In this document: piece after piece, positions 11,145-26,948 of the stretch
How positions within the stretch are numbered: position 1 is the first letter of the stretch
How the letters are laid out: each line of letters starts with the position of its first letter
Assembly (NCBI GenBank): GCA_964016885.1
Contig: OZ024741.1
Coordinates: forward strand, 129,766,001-129,830,000
Direction of reading: 5' to 3'
From: Eledone cirrhosa
Taxonomy: Eukaryota
Length of the DNA stretch: 64,000 nucleotides
Notes under the pieces: generated by a model
Databases searched by the model: none
What the model was told of the DNA's origin: nothing
The model's input: only the letters and a program-made list of their open reading frames with translations
Program-made: the position numbers and the translations under genes

Positions 11145-11614
11145 AAAAAAAGATGAAACCGAAAATGCGACTGTAGTCTTATTTTTTAAAAAATATATAT
11201 ATTTATTTGGTTCCTTTACCGGTTTCGGTAAAAGAACCAAATAAATATATATATTTAAAAAAAATAAGACTACAGTTGCATTTTCGATTTCACCTTTTCT
11301 TCTTTATACTTTCACTCGTGTAGGACACCTCGGTTATTTTTCATTTTGTAAAAAAAAACGTCACTTTCTAATATATATATATATATACAGATTAGAGCAA
11401 ACATCACGGACGCTCTATCTCAAAATTATTTTTGAAAAGCATTAGAAATGCGCAACCGGTAAAACTTAAAACCAAAACTAAATACTAACCAATACTATTA
11501 CTAATTCTCACTTATTCCTAATTAAACTATTTTTCACTGTGAACAATTTGTCAGCATTTTCTTTTCCGTTTACCAATATATCATAACTTGTGTGTTACAC
11601 CTCTATTCTTTTAA

Positions 11615-11647
<33 letters not shown>

Positions 11648-11741
11648 TTTTGAGTTTATGGTGGTTGTATACCAACACCTCAGTATGCAGGCTGGAGCAC
11701 TCGACGAAGTGCGCAGGTTGGTTTGGTTACTCCGGAGTAAT

Positions 11742-12070
11742 GTAAAATAAAGTTAAATAAAAAGTCAAATGATTAAAATTTAGCTTCGTTTATTACTGCT
11801 ATATATATTTCAGTGACAGCCATCTTTGGCTGTGACCTCTTCAGGCAGTTTGAATTAGTATGGTATAGACAAGTACATATGTACAACAACATATGTACAA
11901 GTACATATGTTGTTGTACATATGTTGTTGTACATAGTACTTGTCTATACCATACTAATTCAAACTGCCTGAAGAGGTCACAGCCAAAGATGGCTGTCACT
12001 GAAATATATATAGCAGTAATAAACGAAGCTAAATTTTAATCATTTGACTTTTTATTTAACTTTATTTTAT
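11742..12070. repeat. Near-perfect palindrome made of two copies of the Penelope 3' end (inverted pLTR)
   Basis: The arms match 14765-14905, and each arm carries a hammerhead motif. Confidence 0.85.
11963..12017 (+). ncRNA. Minimal type I hammerhead ribozyme motif
   Basis: actgc-CTGAAGA-ggtcacagcc aaagat ggctgtcact-GAAA-tatata-TA-gcagt. Identical copies at 14801-14855(+) and 11795-11849(-). Confidence 0.75.
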
Positions 12071-13022
12071 ATATATATATATATACATATATAACTAAAT
12101 TACAGTACCACTCGAAGCTCTGCGCACCCGAGTATTCCAAATTGTGCCATTCATTAACTTGGCACTTGGCACAAGGCCAGCAATTTTGGGGGAGGGGAAA
12201 ATCAATTAAATCGACCCCAGTGCATTAGTAGCTTATTTTATCGACCCCGTAAGGATGAGAGGCAAAGTTAAACTCGGCGGATTTGAACTCCGAACGTAAA
12301 GAGCCGTAACTCTATGCTGAAAAGCAAGGTGTCCGGCGTTCTACCGATACTGTCAATCCAATAATAATATAGACAAGGTGTTAAATTTTCATTACATCTA
12401 TTAAAGTGTGACGCGCGTTTCGCGATTGATCAGGAGTTATGGGTACAGAATACATAATGTAAATGTATCCATGTATACGTATATAGATCCGTAACTTATG
12501 ATAGCATAGTGAGGGCGCCGTAGTGACATGTGGCATTACTTTTACATATTTATTAACATGAATAAGTGTGCGAATCATTCCACTCTTTTTCGTTCCATAC
12601 CACTGGCATGTCTAGACAGGTGAAGGAGCTGATCGACTGAATCTGTGATCATGGAACGTAATTTCGCTATACTTCAATCATAATTAAACATAAATCATAC
12701 AGCTTCGCACTTACAGATTACGTCTATATTATGCCCTTTGATATTTATGTGCTGAACAATACAGAACACGCATGCATATACACAATACACACAGCGACAA
12801 AAGACGAATAAAAAAGGCAGGTCTGTTCAGGTCTCCATCTCTTTTATATGGATATATATAAAGGAAAATGTTTGACCCCGACGGCAGAGCTCCAGCTGTG
12901 TCGACGGGTATTTCTCGACTGCCGTCGGGGCCAAACATTTTCCTATTACCCACTCTACTACCCTAAGTATTGAGTACTCTGGTGCGTTATGGTCCATCTG
13001 GTTCCTTACCACACTTCCTTCG

Positions 13023-13196
<174 letters not shown>

Positions 13197-13199
13197 GTG

Positions 13200-13224
<25 letters not shown>

Positions 13225-13231
<7 letters not shown>

Positions 13232-14906
13232 TTTTGAGTTTATGTTGGTTGTATACCAACACCTCAGTATGCAGGCTGGAGCACTCGACGAAGTTTAAGG
13301 ACCGCTGGTACAACCATCGCCATTCATTCAAGAAGGAGGCCAAAAGGAAAAGCACAGCTCTCTCCGACCTGATCTGGAAGCTTAAGCTGGACAGGACCCC
13401 ATACTCTCTGGCATGGTACATAATCAGGAAAGTACCACCCGATAAAGGGGGATCTTGCATATGCAAACTATGCCTGAACGAGACCCTCGAGATACTAAGA
13501 GGTGGAAGCGGCCTGATAAACCTCAGAACCGACTTCTTCGGGACATGCAGACACCTTAGAGCCGGGACCTTTCTCAAAATATATGGACAGTAGCAACACA
13601 AGAAGATGTGAACTCCCCTCAAGCTATAGGGACTTCTACAGAACATGAAAACACCTCTCGGCCAGACCTCCCTCAAGCTATATGGGCAATTACAACACCC
13701 TAGGTTGTGAACTCCCCTCAAGCCATAGGGAACAACCCAGGCGGAGCAGACACCATGATAGCCTAGAGATAGAATCGGACACAGCCATAATAATCTGGCC
13801 AACATCTATAACACAAACACTTTTAATTTACCAGATTTCTGACTTTAAAGTTCCAATCTTAAATCTTGATTTCTCTTTATTAATTTGTTATTTGTTTTCT
13901 GCCCTCTTCACTGTATCACCTTATATTTATTTTAAGTTGAGATAGATTATAACACAAACACATTGAATATCTCATCTTAACATCTTGTATCATACCAATC
14001 TATCCAACATATCTGACCTTGAGATTGGTTATAGCACACACACACACACACTTTATCCTACATTATTTCTCACTTCTCCATATACATTATCATTACTTTT
14101 TCACCAATCTCTCATTTACTCTTTATTCTTTATTCTCTATTTATTTATTTATTTTCAAATTACACAAATTATATTAATTATTTTATTTTATTATATTATT
14201 TATTTATTTTCTGTTTTCTTCATTTATTGCCTTATATTTCTTCATATACATGAAAGAACCCCCCCCCCCCCCCACCACCACTACGATGGTGGCGGGTGGG
14301 AGGAAGAGAAAACACAAACAAACTGGATACTTCTAAATTGTTAGCAGCAGCAAGATATAAGCTGACCACTACAACAACAACAGTACCAAAATAATGGTGG
14401 AGGTCAAATGTACTGAACAATAGCAGGCAAAAACACTACAGGGAGCCTCACCCCAGAAAGAATTCTATAGACTTCTGACTGAGGAATGCTCTAAGAACTG
14501 AACAATGGGAAGTTTGACACATTTTTTGATATTTTGTTCCTTCAACACCTTGTCCCTTCTACCATTTTATCAATTTTTAAGCTAACTCCAACAATAACAA
14601 CACTTAGAATGAAGAATGTTCTAATAACTGACCAATGAGAGGAGAAGGGGACCTGTGACACGAAAATTCGTTTGTTTGAATTCATATGACTCCAGTTCCC
14701 CAGTGAATTAACAACCCAACAAGGAACTGGGCATATCAGAGTATTGACAATATCATACACCTAAACAACATATGTACTTGTCTATACCATACTAATTCAA
14801 ACTGCCTGAAGAGGTCACAGCCAAAGATGGCTGTCACTGAAATATATATAGCAGTAATAAACGAAGCTAAATTTTAATCATTTGACTTTTATTTAACTTT
14901 ATTTTA
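13225..14906 (+). mobile_element. 3' part of a Penelope-like element (Naiad-type GIY-YIG C-terminus, 3' UTR, hammerhead-bearing terminus)
   Basis: [13 protein letters not shown]...STALSDLIW...CKLCLNE...[11 protein letters not shown]. Ends in a hammerhead motif followed by (TA)n. Its 5' junction is duplicated at 11630-11710. Confidence 0.8.
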
Positions 14907-14932
14907 TATATATACATATATATATATGTATG

Positions 14933-15017
<85 letters not shown>

Positions 15018-15019
<2 letters not shown>

Positions 15020-15391
15020 TTTGGGAGGGTCATGCTGCCAATAATAACACACGCACCCTGTTGGTTTTTACTTCAATTTATACATTTCTGGTTGGTTAGT
15101 TGGTTCGATAACCGGATGGTTGTTCATATATTGTCAAATATCTTTCGTCTCATTCTGTGACCTCCTCAGTGACTAGGTTTTTATTTTGTGTCTCTCCTTT
15201 GTTCTGCCCTACACCATCTTGGTTTTGTGTGTCACCAAAGAGGTCACAGAATGTGTGACGAAAGAGGTTTGACAATATATAAACAACCATCCAGTTATCG
15301 AACCAACCAACTAACCGGAAATTTATAATAAATTCAAGTGAAAACTAACAGGTGTGTGTGTTGTTATTGGCAGCATCACCCTCCCAAAGTA
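15018..15391. repeat. Imperfect fold-back element with degenerate hammerhead-like core
   Basis: Arms at about 15018-15175 and 15232-15391. The minus strand reads gtca-CTGAGGA-ggtcacagaatgagac-GAAA-gatatt-tgac. Confidence 0.7.
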
Positions 15392-15639
15392 CGACAATAT
15401 TTGTTTCAACACATGTTTTCAGATAAGAAATCTTGCAAAATAAATTAAAAAACGAAGTATACATACATACATCTGCTCTACGTATTTTTATACATTTTAG
15501 TCTTCACATTTATTATAATTATTTGGCTGCTTCGGTTGAGTACACTTCAAACTTTGAACCAATATGCAGAAACAATATCTTAATATTTCTACGAAAAATA
15601 TACCCGTACCTAGCAGCAAGACATACTTAAAAATATTCA

Positions 15640-16315
15640 TTCAAAAAACTGATTCGTTCCTTAAAAGGATGCGTTGGCGAACCTCTATTTCGACAACCAA
15701 GATAAAGTGAACAGAAACCAGGATAAGTTTGGTTTTAAAACATACAATAACCCTCCTAGCAACACAGCTTTGTTACCTCTCGAAAACGACGTATTGGAAC
15801 TCATACGGAGAATCAAATTGAAATAGAACCAATTCCTTCCATCGTGACTTGAAGACTAGAATTCGACTGATAAAGGATTCTAAAACCGCGCATATCCACT
15901 CCGATAAAACTGGTAATCTATACCAAGTAGAGAAGAGAACTTACCACCAGCTGTTACATAACACTGTGACCAAGGATTACCGGAAAATCGATCGGAGTGT
16001 TATTAACGACACAACGATGCTGGCTTAAAAATCACTTCGGAACTTAACATCCAGGACCGGACTGAACCTCTGGACTCAATTTCTCCTCATTCTTCCCTGA
16101 AGGATTATAAACCCAATTTTGTTTACAACCCATCTATTCAGCTTATAAACCCTACTAAGTCTGCTTTAGGTAGACTTAGTAAAAGAATTTTAGATAGGAT
16201 TATATAAAGAATTAGAAGTATGGCCTCTCTAACCCTGTGGAATAATTCTTTCGCGGTGATTGAGTGTAACAAGGAACATTGGCGTTTTATTCAATTTGAC
16301 ATCAACAACTACATG
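15640..16315 (+). mobile_element. Penelope-like reverse transcriptase fragment (degenerate)
   Basis: SDKTGNLY..., LKDYKPNF...QLINPTKSALGRLSKRILDRI..., FIQFDI, with stops and frameshifts. Confidence 0.8.
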
Positions 16316-16408
16316 ATGTGGTAGCTAAGTACATTTTATTTTTATACCATTATTAATTCGGTATTTATGTACACCTTATCCGTATATTTGTGTGTATATA
16401 TGTATGTG

Positions 16409-16464
<56 letters not shown>

Positions 16465-16472
<8 letters not shown>

Positions 16473-17329
16473 ATTTACATATACACAAACTAAACAAACT
16501 AAGTCACAGATATATATGTTTTGGCAACCATTCACGATGTGGCTCAATGATGAAGAATTAATAAATTAAATAATCAGAGCAATATATCATAAAGTATGTC
16601 CATAGAATCATTTGATGAAATATATACACCATTTCCTCTCCCAATTAGCATAATTAACCACATAAAAAATCAATTAGACCAGGCTATAAGATTAAAAGGC
16701 TCATATGAAGATATATTTGATAAATAAACGACCGCAGCCTCTTCGCGGCCGACCGCAATAGAATATTTACCCAACATTTCAACAGCACGTGGGAATCGAC
16801 TAAATATGCCGTCAACCATACACAATTAGGTATAAAATTAAAGTTAGAAAAAATGCGTACACTCTTACCAGGATCATGTCTCTACCCTCGGGTTTCGTTC
16901 GCGTTTTGAGATATCCTATTAAGGATAATCTCGAGTTTCGAACTCGTCTGGAAACAAACTCATAGGACAGGTAATTTTCCAAAGCGATCCCCGCCAGAAA
17001 CAGATTCAAAATGGCTAAGAATCGTGACGTGGCAGTGGTCAAGTTAGAAAGAATGTGATTGGTTGCTTACGGCGAGTGGGCTGGTTACTAGAAAGCGCAG
17101 CCCAATATTGCCCAAATTGCATCTCAACCTAATGGGAGATTATTAAGTATAAAGATTTACATATACACAAACTAAACAAGATGCTGCGGTCGTTTATTTA
17201 TCAAATATTTCTTCATAGGAGTCTTCTAATCTTATAGCCTGGTCTAATTGATTTTTTATGTGGTTAATTATGCTAATTGGGAGAGGAAATGGTGTATATA
17301 TTTTATCAAATGATTCTATGGACATACTT

Positions 17330-17332
<3 letters not shown>
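16465..17332. mobile_element. Second copy of the 6515-7340 family, with an inverted terminal duplication
   Basis: About 16585-16740 is inverted at about 17185-17330. Bounded by (TA)n. Confidence 0.7.
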
Positions 17333-17425
<93 letters not shown>

Positions 17426-17711
17426 GAAGTAATTCCGTCGGAAAAGTCCAGGAAAAAAGAGTGCTCTATGTAGGTAACAGAGCTTAATAGTTATCTAATA
17501 AACAACATAAGGCAATTATTCCATTTACCACTGGTTTCTTAAAAGCAAAAGATTTTGCTTTCAATCCTCAGAATGAAAAAATCCTGGTTTTTTTAAAAAC
17601 CAAATTCAATAAACAGACTAGGATTTTTTCATTCTGAGGATTGAAAGCAAAATCTTTTGCTTTTAAGAAACCAGTGGTAAATGGAATAATTGCCTTGTGT
17701 TGTTTATTACA

Positions 17712-17792
<81 letters not shown>

Positions 17793-18172
17793 ATGGGTAT
17801 ATGCACATGCACACACACACACACACATATATATATATGAGTAAGCGCATACTTATGCACGGCCTAAATCCTATAACAATACTTTTCATCATAAAATTCT
17901 TTGTCTCTCTGTTTGTCTTTTCCTTGTGCATTCTCAAACGGCTCAACCAAATCAAATCAAATTTTACAAGGTAGTATGAGACCCCGAGATTAACAACATA
18001 TGATATTCTTTTATAGCATAAATGTGCTTTTGTCTGTGCAAGAAATTATTTTTCTCGCTCCGGATAATGATGTAATTATCCACGCATTTTTTCGTCCATC
18101 ACCAGAGAACGTCTTAACAAACCGACGTCTTAACAAAACAGCGATTCTTTGCTTAAACTTTAATTAGTTATA

Positions 18173-18207
<35 letters not shown>

Positions 18208-18246
18208 CTTTGTGTGTGCGTGTATGTGTGTTTTGTGTGTTTTGTG

Positions 18247-18348
<102 letters not shown>

Positions 18349-19525
18349 TGTGTGTGTGTATGTGTGTGTCCGTGTCCGTATCAATATTTACGTTTTTGTC
18401 TGTGCTTATGTCCAGTAAGTTCGTAGTTCAACAGAAAGGGGATCCATAAAATATGTACTAGATTAGAAAACAATAAGTACAAGGGAGGGTAAGGCAATGT
18501 CACAGCATAACAACAGTCAAATGATTGAAATCAGTAAAATAATAAACAAACTCATAAACACATAAAACAGAAATACCAAACAATTGAAATATGACTGTGA
18601 GAAATGAAACCCACGTTTTTAAATGGACTGCTTATGTTTTGGGTGGGGTTTGTTCCCAACCCTCCCCATCTCACACCCTTGAATCCTTGAAACATTCCAA
18701 TGCCTCCACCCACATACTCATCTTCTCAATGTACCCATCATTCCCTCTCTATGCCTCCATCCTTCACATCGTCATTTCGTTCAAATGACAACCATTCACA
18801 CCACAGATATCTAACTTAGCACTTACAACGAGGTCCCATGAGTAAAAGCCGTGAAGGCCGGTCTCATGTGGGGGTTTAGCTATGATAATGAGCTTTGATT
18901 GTAAACATGGGAGAGAGACAGAGACGAGAAAGAGCGGGTGTCGGGGGGCGAACTAGGCCGACAGCGTGTATAAATAGCTAAAACCGCCTAAATTTTACAA
19001 CACAGATGCTAGCGATAAACACGTGCATATATACATAAATACATAGATATTCAGACAGACACACATACATATATATACAAATGTGTGTGTATATATATAT
19101 ATATATGTATATACATACATACACACATACACACACACTAATATATTGTACAATATATTAGTGACAAATAATTTCTGCTTGATATTTTCTATTCCTTAAT
19201 TAATGAGTTGCTAAAGTTGGGTTCTATGGGGGCTATTTCTAGCGTCATTACCAACATGTCATATTGTCCTGATATACAGATATGTATTTAGTTGTTGAAC
19301 TACACACGTGGGATTGAACGCACCATGCTATTTCGATAAGGGCAAGGTCAGTGTACTATCTAGTGAATATTTTTTCTACCCACAAAGAATCCCTCTGATG
19401 ACGGAATTTGTTCCAATAGGGGTTGTCTTAATTTATTGAGATAATCAATGTTGTTTCCTATCTTAATTCAAGAAACTGCAATGAAAATTTTGGCATAAGT
19501 TAATATATGTATATATATATAATAT

Positions 19526-19622
<97 letters not shown>

Positions 19623-19634
19623 TATATATAATAT

Positions 19635-19693
<59 letters not shown>

Positions 19694-19895
19694 TATAATA
19701 TATATATATATAATATATATATATATAATATATATATATATAATATATATAACGAAGGAAATGTGGTAAGGAACCAGGTGGACCATAACGCACCAAAGTA
19801 CTCAATACTTGGGGTAGTAGAGTGGGTAATAGGAACCAGTAAGACCCCGACGGCTGAGCTCAAGCCGTTTCGACGGCTAATTCGACGGCTGGTTC

Positions 19896-19977
<82 letters not shown>

Positions 19978-20263
19978 CGCGTAGCTTAGCGCTTAGGATG
20001 TTCGGAGCGAGCGCCACGTTGTGACTTTGAACAATTACGCATTGCTCCAGTTTACTCAGCTGGAAAAAATGAGTCACGATGACAGCAATGCTAATCTCTA
20101 TCAAGATATGACTTTTCCTTGGACAACATTGGTGGCCTTGACCGGGGAGGCTGCCTGCTGGTTATCCAAAATAACGCCTCACCCAGTCTTACGTATTGTA
20201 GAGTAAATTTGCAATTTGCAGGTGCAAACCCATGATTAGACATCACCAAAGAGAGTCTGTGGC

Positions 20264-20323
<60 letters not shown>

Positions 20324-20981
20324 ACCCATTAATGGATCAATTAATAATTGTTTCTACTTTTGGCACAGGCCAACAATTATCCCAGTGCATTACTGGTACT
20401 TTATTTTATCGACCCTGTAAGGATAAAATGCAAAGTTAACCTCGACGGGATTTGAACCCGTAAATGGACGTAACTCTATGCTGGAAAGCATAGCATCCGA
20501 CCCCCTACCGATACTACAAATCCGGTGTCCTGGGTCATTGCACTGCCAATTTCCTCCGCAAAATTGGAAATACAGCACGCAGCCTGAAGAAGGAGCTTCG
20601 TGAAGCGGGGTGGTTGTTGTAACGTGTACCACTGGCCACTCTCTGTGGCAATGCTTTCATCATTCTGTTTGCGCAGCACGGCCGAATCACCACACAGACA
20701 GGGGTGCAGAATATGTCCTCCCCTCTCACTTTTCCTTCACTACTTAATTCTCTTTTTTCTTTTTCTTCTTCCCCTTTCCATTTCAGATTGATGTAGAGTT
20801 GTTTATGTTAAGCGCTATTGCAAATATTACATTTTCCATAGTGGCTTATTTGCATATATAGCGTGCTGGAAATGTTATATATATGTATAGATATATGAAA
20901 CACTATTTCACTTAAATTTGAAATTCGAAAATACACACGCCACAATACAAACACACATATACAAATATACCCCCACACTCA

Positions 20982-21080
<99 letters not shown>

Positions 21081-21484
21081 ACAGGGACAAAGAGACGTTT
21101 ATTAGGAAGAAAAATATATTTTTTTCCATTTTTATTTCTCTCTCTCTTTTTCCTGGGTTAGAAAATGATTAAAACGAAATGTTTTACTTTGTGTGAAGTG
21201 TTAAGGTATTAGTTGATTTATTTATTATTTAACAATGGCATTTATTTATCTATTTATATATTTAATAATTGTCTATTACCGGTTTCAGCATTTTTATGCA
21301 TTATCAAATGATAGTGAAATGTATTAGTCTGGTGTCGCACATGTTGAACAGAAGGTGCAGAAAGAATAATGTTATTTACAAACAAGGTTTATGAAGTGAA
21401 AAGAAAAAAGAAAAAGGAAAAAAAACGTGCATAATGTAGACCATAAAAAGTCAATGTGGAAGAAAAAATAATGTTATTTACAGG

Positions 21485-21516
<32 letters not shown>

Positions 21517-22518
21517 GCATGTATGTATATGCATATATATATATATTATATATATATATATATATTATATATATATATGCATATTATGTGCATATCTACA
21601 CACACACACACATATATATATATACATGTTTTTGTGTTCGGGGTGAGACTTAGAGAACGAACGTGGGTTGGTATGTAGGTTATTTTCCCACATAGTTTTA
21701 ACTACGTAATAATATTGAAATGTAACCCACCGCCACCACCAATACCACCCCACCTACCATCACCACTACCCATCGCATCAATTCACCACACTACCACCAC
21801 CACCACCACCACCACTACGACACCCACCACCAATACTGTCATCGACTCCAATATCAACCAAATCATCATCATATTTATCACCATCATCATTATCATCACC
21901 ATTATCATCTTCATGGCGTATGACCGTCACAATCAACATAGAGCTTTAACATGCAAGAAACACGAGTCAAATCTCTAAATCTCGACAGTCACAATCCCTC
22001 ACCACAACAAAAAACAACAAACAAACACAAAACAAACACCTTGTATAAAGCGAGAAGTCCTGGCTCCCCTGCACATAGTATAACAACACCGTCGCCGCCA
22101 CCACCATCATCACCACCACCACCACCACTACCACTACCACACCACCACCACCACTACCACACCATCTCCACCACCACCACCACCACCACCACACCATCTC
22201 CACCACCACCACCACCACCACTACCACACCACCACCACCACAACTATCAACAACAACACCAAGATCATCTAACATCCACCACCACTACCACTACCACACC
22301 ACCACTACCACACCATCTCCACCACCACCACCACCACCACCACTACCACACCACCACCACCACCACAACTATCAACAACACCAAGATCATCTAACATCCA
22401 CCACCACCACCACCATTCCACAAGTCTATATTCCTACAAACCTCCTACAAATGTTTACAGTTTTACAGTCTTCGTGTGCGTATAAGTGAGTATGTATGTA
22501 TGTACATGAATATGAATC

Positions 22519-22549
<31 letters not shown>

Positions 22550-22702
22550 TAGTGCGTTTGTTTATGATGGGATGATATATATATATATTTCTTTACATGT
22601 TCCAAGAAGAGATATGATAGACGATAGTAACAAAAGCATGAAAAGAAAAGAAATTCACCGGAGGAAAGCACGTGTGTGTTTAGTCAGCCATTTATATATA
22701 CG

Positions 22703-22769
<67 letters not shown>

Positions 22770-22849
22770 CTATATCTATATATATATGTATATATATATA
22801 TGAGAGTATTGAAGTTTGCTTGAAGCATTGTGGAATATAAGGTAAATTT

Positions 22850-24095
22850 CTTTAAGTCGTTTGGAAGCCTGGACAATGCAGATGGGTAAATCTCCGGGTA
22901 ACAAGATCCGGTGGTGGAGAGAGAGATGTAAGTGGGTGTACCTTGAGATGCGTGGGTGTATAAGACTGTAGCGTGTAGAGGAATGAAGGAAAGAGCGTAA
23001 AGGATAAAAATAAAAATAACAACACGAGAAAGAGTTACCATGGGAGATATTTAATTGTCCCTATATATTTCGGATTCACATCCATCAACTGGGGGTTTTT
23101 CCGGGGGGGAGGGGGGGGGGTCTGTCGGAAAGGTGCGAAACGTGTCCTCCGCTGTTCGTTGTTTTGAATATCTGAGGTATTCAGCAGAGCGCGCGTGCGC
23201 GTGAAATAGGTCGGTCAGGCAGAGGTCAGCGGTCGAACTAGTTCTTTCAATTGTGGGAGTGGGGTGGCGCTAGCTGTCAGTCCATTCTCTGCCTGTTTGG
23301 TGAATGTTACTGTGCGTGTGTGTGTGCGCGTGTGTTGTTGCCTTGTTCCTCTGATTTGGCAGTGTAGTATGTTCATATGGTGGAATGCTACTGTGTGTGT
23401 GTGTGTGTGCGTGTGTTGCTGTCTCGCTTGTGTGTGTGTGTGCGTGTGTTGCTGCATTGTTTGTTAAATTAAACCAACCACGTCATTTCGCTTCTCTCGG
23501 ATCGGTTGTTTAATTGTGGCCCTAGGCGTTTGATCCAAAGTGCTTCCTTGATACGTAACGTGCCGACGTTTCTTTCTGTCGCTAGAATTGTGACAATGTT
23601 TCCGGGAAGACGAGGCCCTGGTGTTACACAGTAACATTCACCAAACAGGCAGAGAATGGACTGACAGCTAGCGCCACCCCACTCCCACAATTGAAAGAAC
23701 TACTTCGGCCGCTGACCTCTGCCTGACCGACCCTATTTCACGCGCACGCGCGCTCTGCTGAATACCTCAGATATTCAAAACAACGAACAGTGGAGGACAC
23801 GTTTCGCACCTTTCCGACAGACAACCTCCCTCCCTCCCCCCGGAAAACCCCCCAGTTGATGGATGTGAATCCGAAATATATAGGGACAATTAAATATCTC
23901 CCAAGGTAACTCTTTCTCGTGTTGTTATTTTTATTTTTATCCTTTACGCTCTTTCCTTCTTTCCTCTACACGCTACAGTCTTATACACCCACGCATCTCA
24001 AGGTACACCCACTTACATCTCTCTCTCCACCACCGGATCTTGTTACCCGGAGATTTACCCATCTGCATTGTCGAGGCTTCCAAATGACATAAAGT
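22850..24095. mobile_element. Penelope-like remnant: about 460-bp inverted repeats around a GIY-YIG C-terminal fragment
   Basis: Arms at about 22850-23313 and 23627-24095. The spacer encodes, on the minus strand, ILATERNVGTLRIKEALWIKRLGPQLNNRSE. Confidence 0.8.
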
Positions 24096-24194
<99 letters not shown>

Positions 24195-24204
24195 TTGTGT
24201 GTGC

Positions 24205-24269
<65 letters not shown>

Positions 24270-24272
<3 letters not shown>

Positions 24273-24710
24273 CACATGGCTTAGTGGTTAGAGCATTGGG
24301 CTTGCAATCGAAAATTTGTGAGTTCAATTCTCGGACCGGGCGATGTGTTGTTTCCTTGCAAGAGACTTTATTTCACATTGCTCCAGTTTACTCAGCTGTA
24401 GAAATGAGATGACAGGGACTGGGGTCCATATCATTCCACTGCAAAGTGGTCGTGGAGGTGCCACGGCAAAAAAAGCACCCAGCCAACACTGTAAACTGGA
24501 CGTGTAGGCGCCACAGAAAAAAGCACCCACCACTCACTGTAAATGAGGTTGGTGTTAGGAAGGGCATCCAGCTGTAGAAATCAAGTCAGAATCAGTTCCC
24601 GTATGAGCAAGACAAGGTCAGCCGATCGGACACTGCCCACAACCGGACAACCCGTCTAACCCATGCTAGCGTGGAAGAATGGACGTAAAATGGTGATGAT
24701 GATGATGATC
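24270..24710 (+). mobile_element. tRNA-derived SINE with RTE-like 3' tail
   Basis: tggcttagtggttagagc...gagttcaattc head. Ends ...ccatgctagcgtggaagaatggacgtaaaa(tga)n, a tail also seen at 735-795. Confidence 0.7.
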
Positions 24711-26948
24711 AGCAATTGAAAGATAAATGGATACATTGCTTCCTAGGTCTATTCTGACAATCGGCTCATTTCATCTTTTGACCTACTAGAATTAGCAGGT
24801 CCAAAGGTGAGAAAAATTATAAATTTTTTTCAATAAGACTAGTGGTAAATATCATATTTTAAAGTTGTAGTTTCCCTTCATTAAAGATAAAAGCGTGGTT
24901 ATGGATAAAACAAAATAGACAGTGTTTGGTATGTGACTACGCAAGCATAGTTTTAAAGGATAGCTAATCTTATGTTCGACTAGTTAACAATATAGCTTAT
25001 ATAAAGTAACGATAATTGAACGTAATTCTCAAGAAGATTCAGCGTGACGTAGTATGTGACAAGGTTGGTCCTTTGAATTACAGGTACTCTCCATCTGACA
25101 ATCTTCCAAACAGTTTCCGTCGATCCATTTTCACTTGGGTCAACCCGAGGCTATGGTAAAGATACTTGACCAAGATGACACGCAGTTGGATCGAACCAAT
25201 GACCTAATTATTTGAACTCCTTAACCATTTGGCCATGCTGCGCCCACAGCCCATATTAAAGTATTGTGGGATATTTTCACAAGAAATCAAAGTTTTCAGC
25301 GAAACTAATTTAAACTGTTCTGCTATCCTGCAGTGATATTTTTAATCAAATCATAAAACAAGAATTATTTGAAGTAGACCTCTTTCTTTTGGCAAATCAT
25401 CTGTTCCAGTAATTTCTGCCAGGCTGGTATCTAGTCTTTTGGTGGTGTCGTGCATCCTTCTCTTTCAACTCACTCCTCCATGCCTATGGGAACGTTTGAT
25501 TTCCGTCTCAAAATCTGACGCCGCTTCTTTGGCTTGATTCCAGATACTTTTCTAGTTGTTTTGTAATAAGTATTTTATATATTCCATTTTCAGATATCTA
25601 CTTTTACTATCAATTTAGCATTTCAGGTCATATTAAAGCTTTTATGCAAGTTTAGCATGGCAGAAACGATCTGTTTTTTTTTTTTTTGTCAGAAATCTTT
25701 ATATTCTTTTTGTAGTACACATTTCATTTAACCCGTTAATGTCTTCAAATAGTTTGCTACAGTTGGGATTTGAAGCTTCAAAGGCTATATTTATTGACAC
25801 AATATGCAAGATATGACAAACAAAATGTTTGTCATATCTTGTTTCCTCTTCAAGCATATAATTTAGAGTCTGCAGCGTATAATTGTTTTCTTTTGCCATA
25901 CAGCGTTAAAGTAGGCACCATGTTCACAATAGGACATATATCCATTTGTTTCATATGAAAAATACACAGGTCCCGGGAAAAGGCTTAGAAACTACATTTT
26001 GTAAAATAATGCAATACAAAAAAGGGGGTGGTGGGGTGGTGGAAATGATCCTTAACTCGTGATGGAGTCGTAAGAGTACCATTGCGAACACACCATGTCT
26101 TGAGCATTTAAACCTGGTGGAGCACATCTGACGCACTTTCACATTTCCGTCCACCCGATTTCACGTACATGATTTGAGTCGAACACACACATACTGCAGT
26201 CAAACAAAACACACAAACACCGATCACACAGCACACACACCAGTCAGGCAACACACACTTACATACACAACACACGCATACATACACACACTCACATACA
26301 CACCCGTCACATAACACATACATACACAAAAATAATGGTTTCTTATATAGGCACAAGGCCATCAATTTAAAGGGAAGGGGAAAGTTGATTAAATCGACCC
26401 CAGTGCATTACTGGTACTTTATATTATCGACCCCGTAAGAATGAAAGTCAAAGCTAACCTAGGTGGGATTTGAACTCTGAACGTAAAGGGACGTAACTCT
26501 ATACTATAAAGCATGGCGTCCGACGTTCTACCAATATTGCCAATCTACCACCCTTAATAATAATAATTGTTTCTACTTTAGGCACAAGGCCAGCAACTAC
26601 CCAGTGCATTACTGGTACTTTATTTTATCGACCCCGTAAGGATGAAAGGCAAAGTCAACCTCGGCGGGATTTGAACTCAGATCGTAAAGGGACGTAACTA
26701 TGCTGGAAAGCATGGCGTCCGACCCTAATAATTGTTTCTACTTTAGGCACAAGGCCAGAAATGTGGAAGGGAGGAGGAAAGTCGATTAAATAGACCCCAG
26801 TACTTACTGGAGCTTTATTTTATTGACCCCAAAGGCAAAGCTCACCTCGCCGGGATTTGAATAATAATAATAATAATAAAAACAGAAAAAAATCAAATGC
26901 AACAACAAACCCTATATAAATTATATATATAAAAAATGTCATACTTAC

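Noticed and set aside
23850-23890. Hammerhead in the 23-kb inverted repeat
   Set aside because: The core reads TTGATGG...GAAA with weak stems and is too divergent to call.
25330-25570. Possible hAT transposase remnant on the minus strand (KSIWNQAKEAASDFETEIK...)
   Set aside because: Too short and interrupted by stops to support without a database search.
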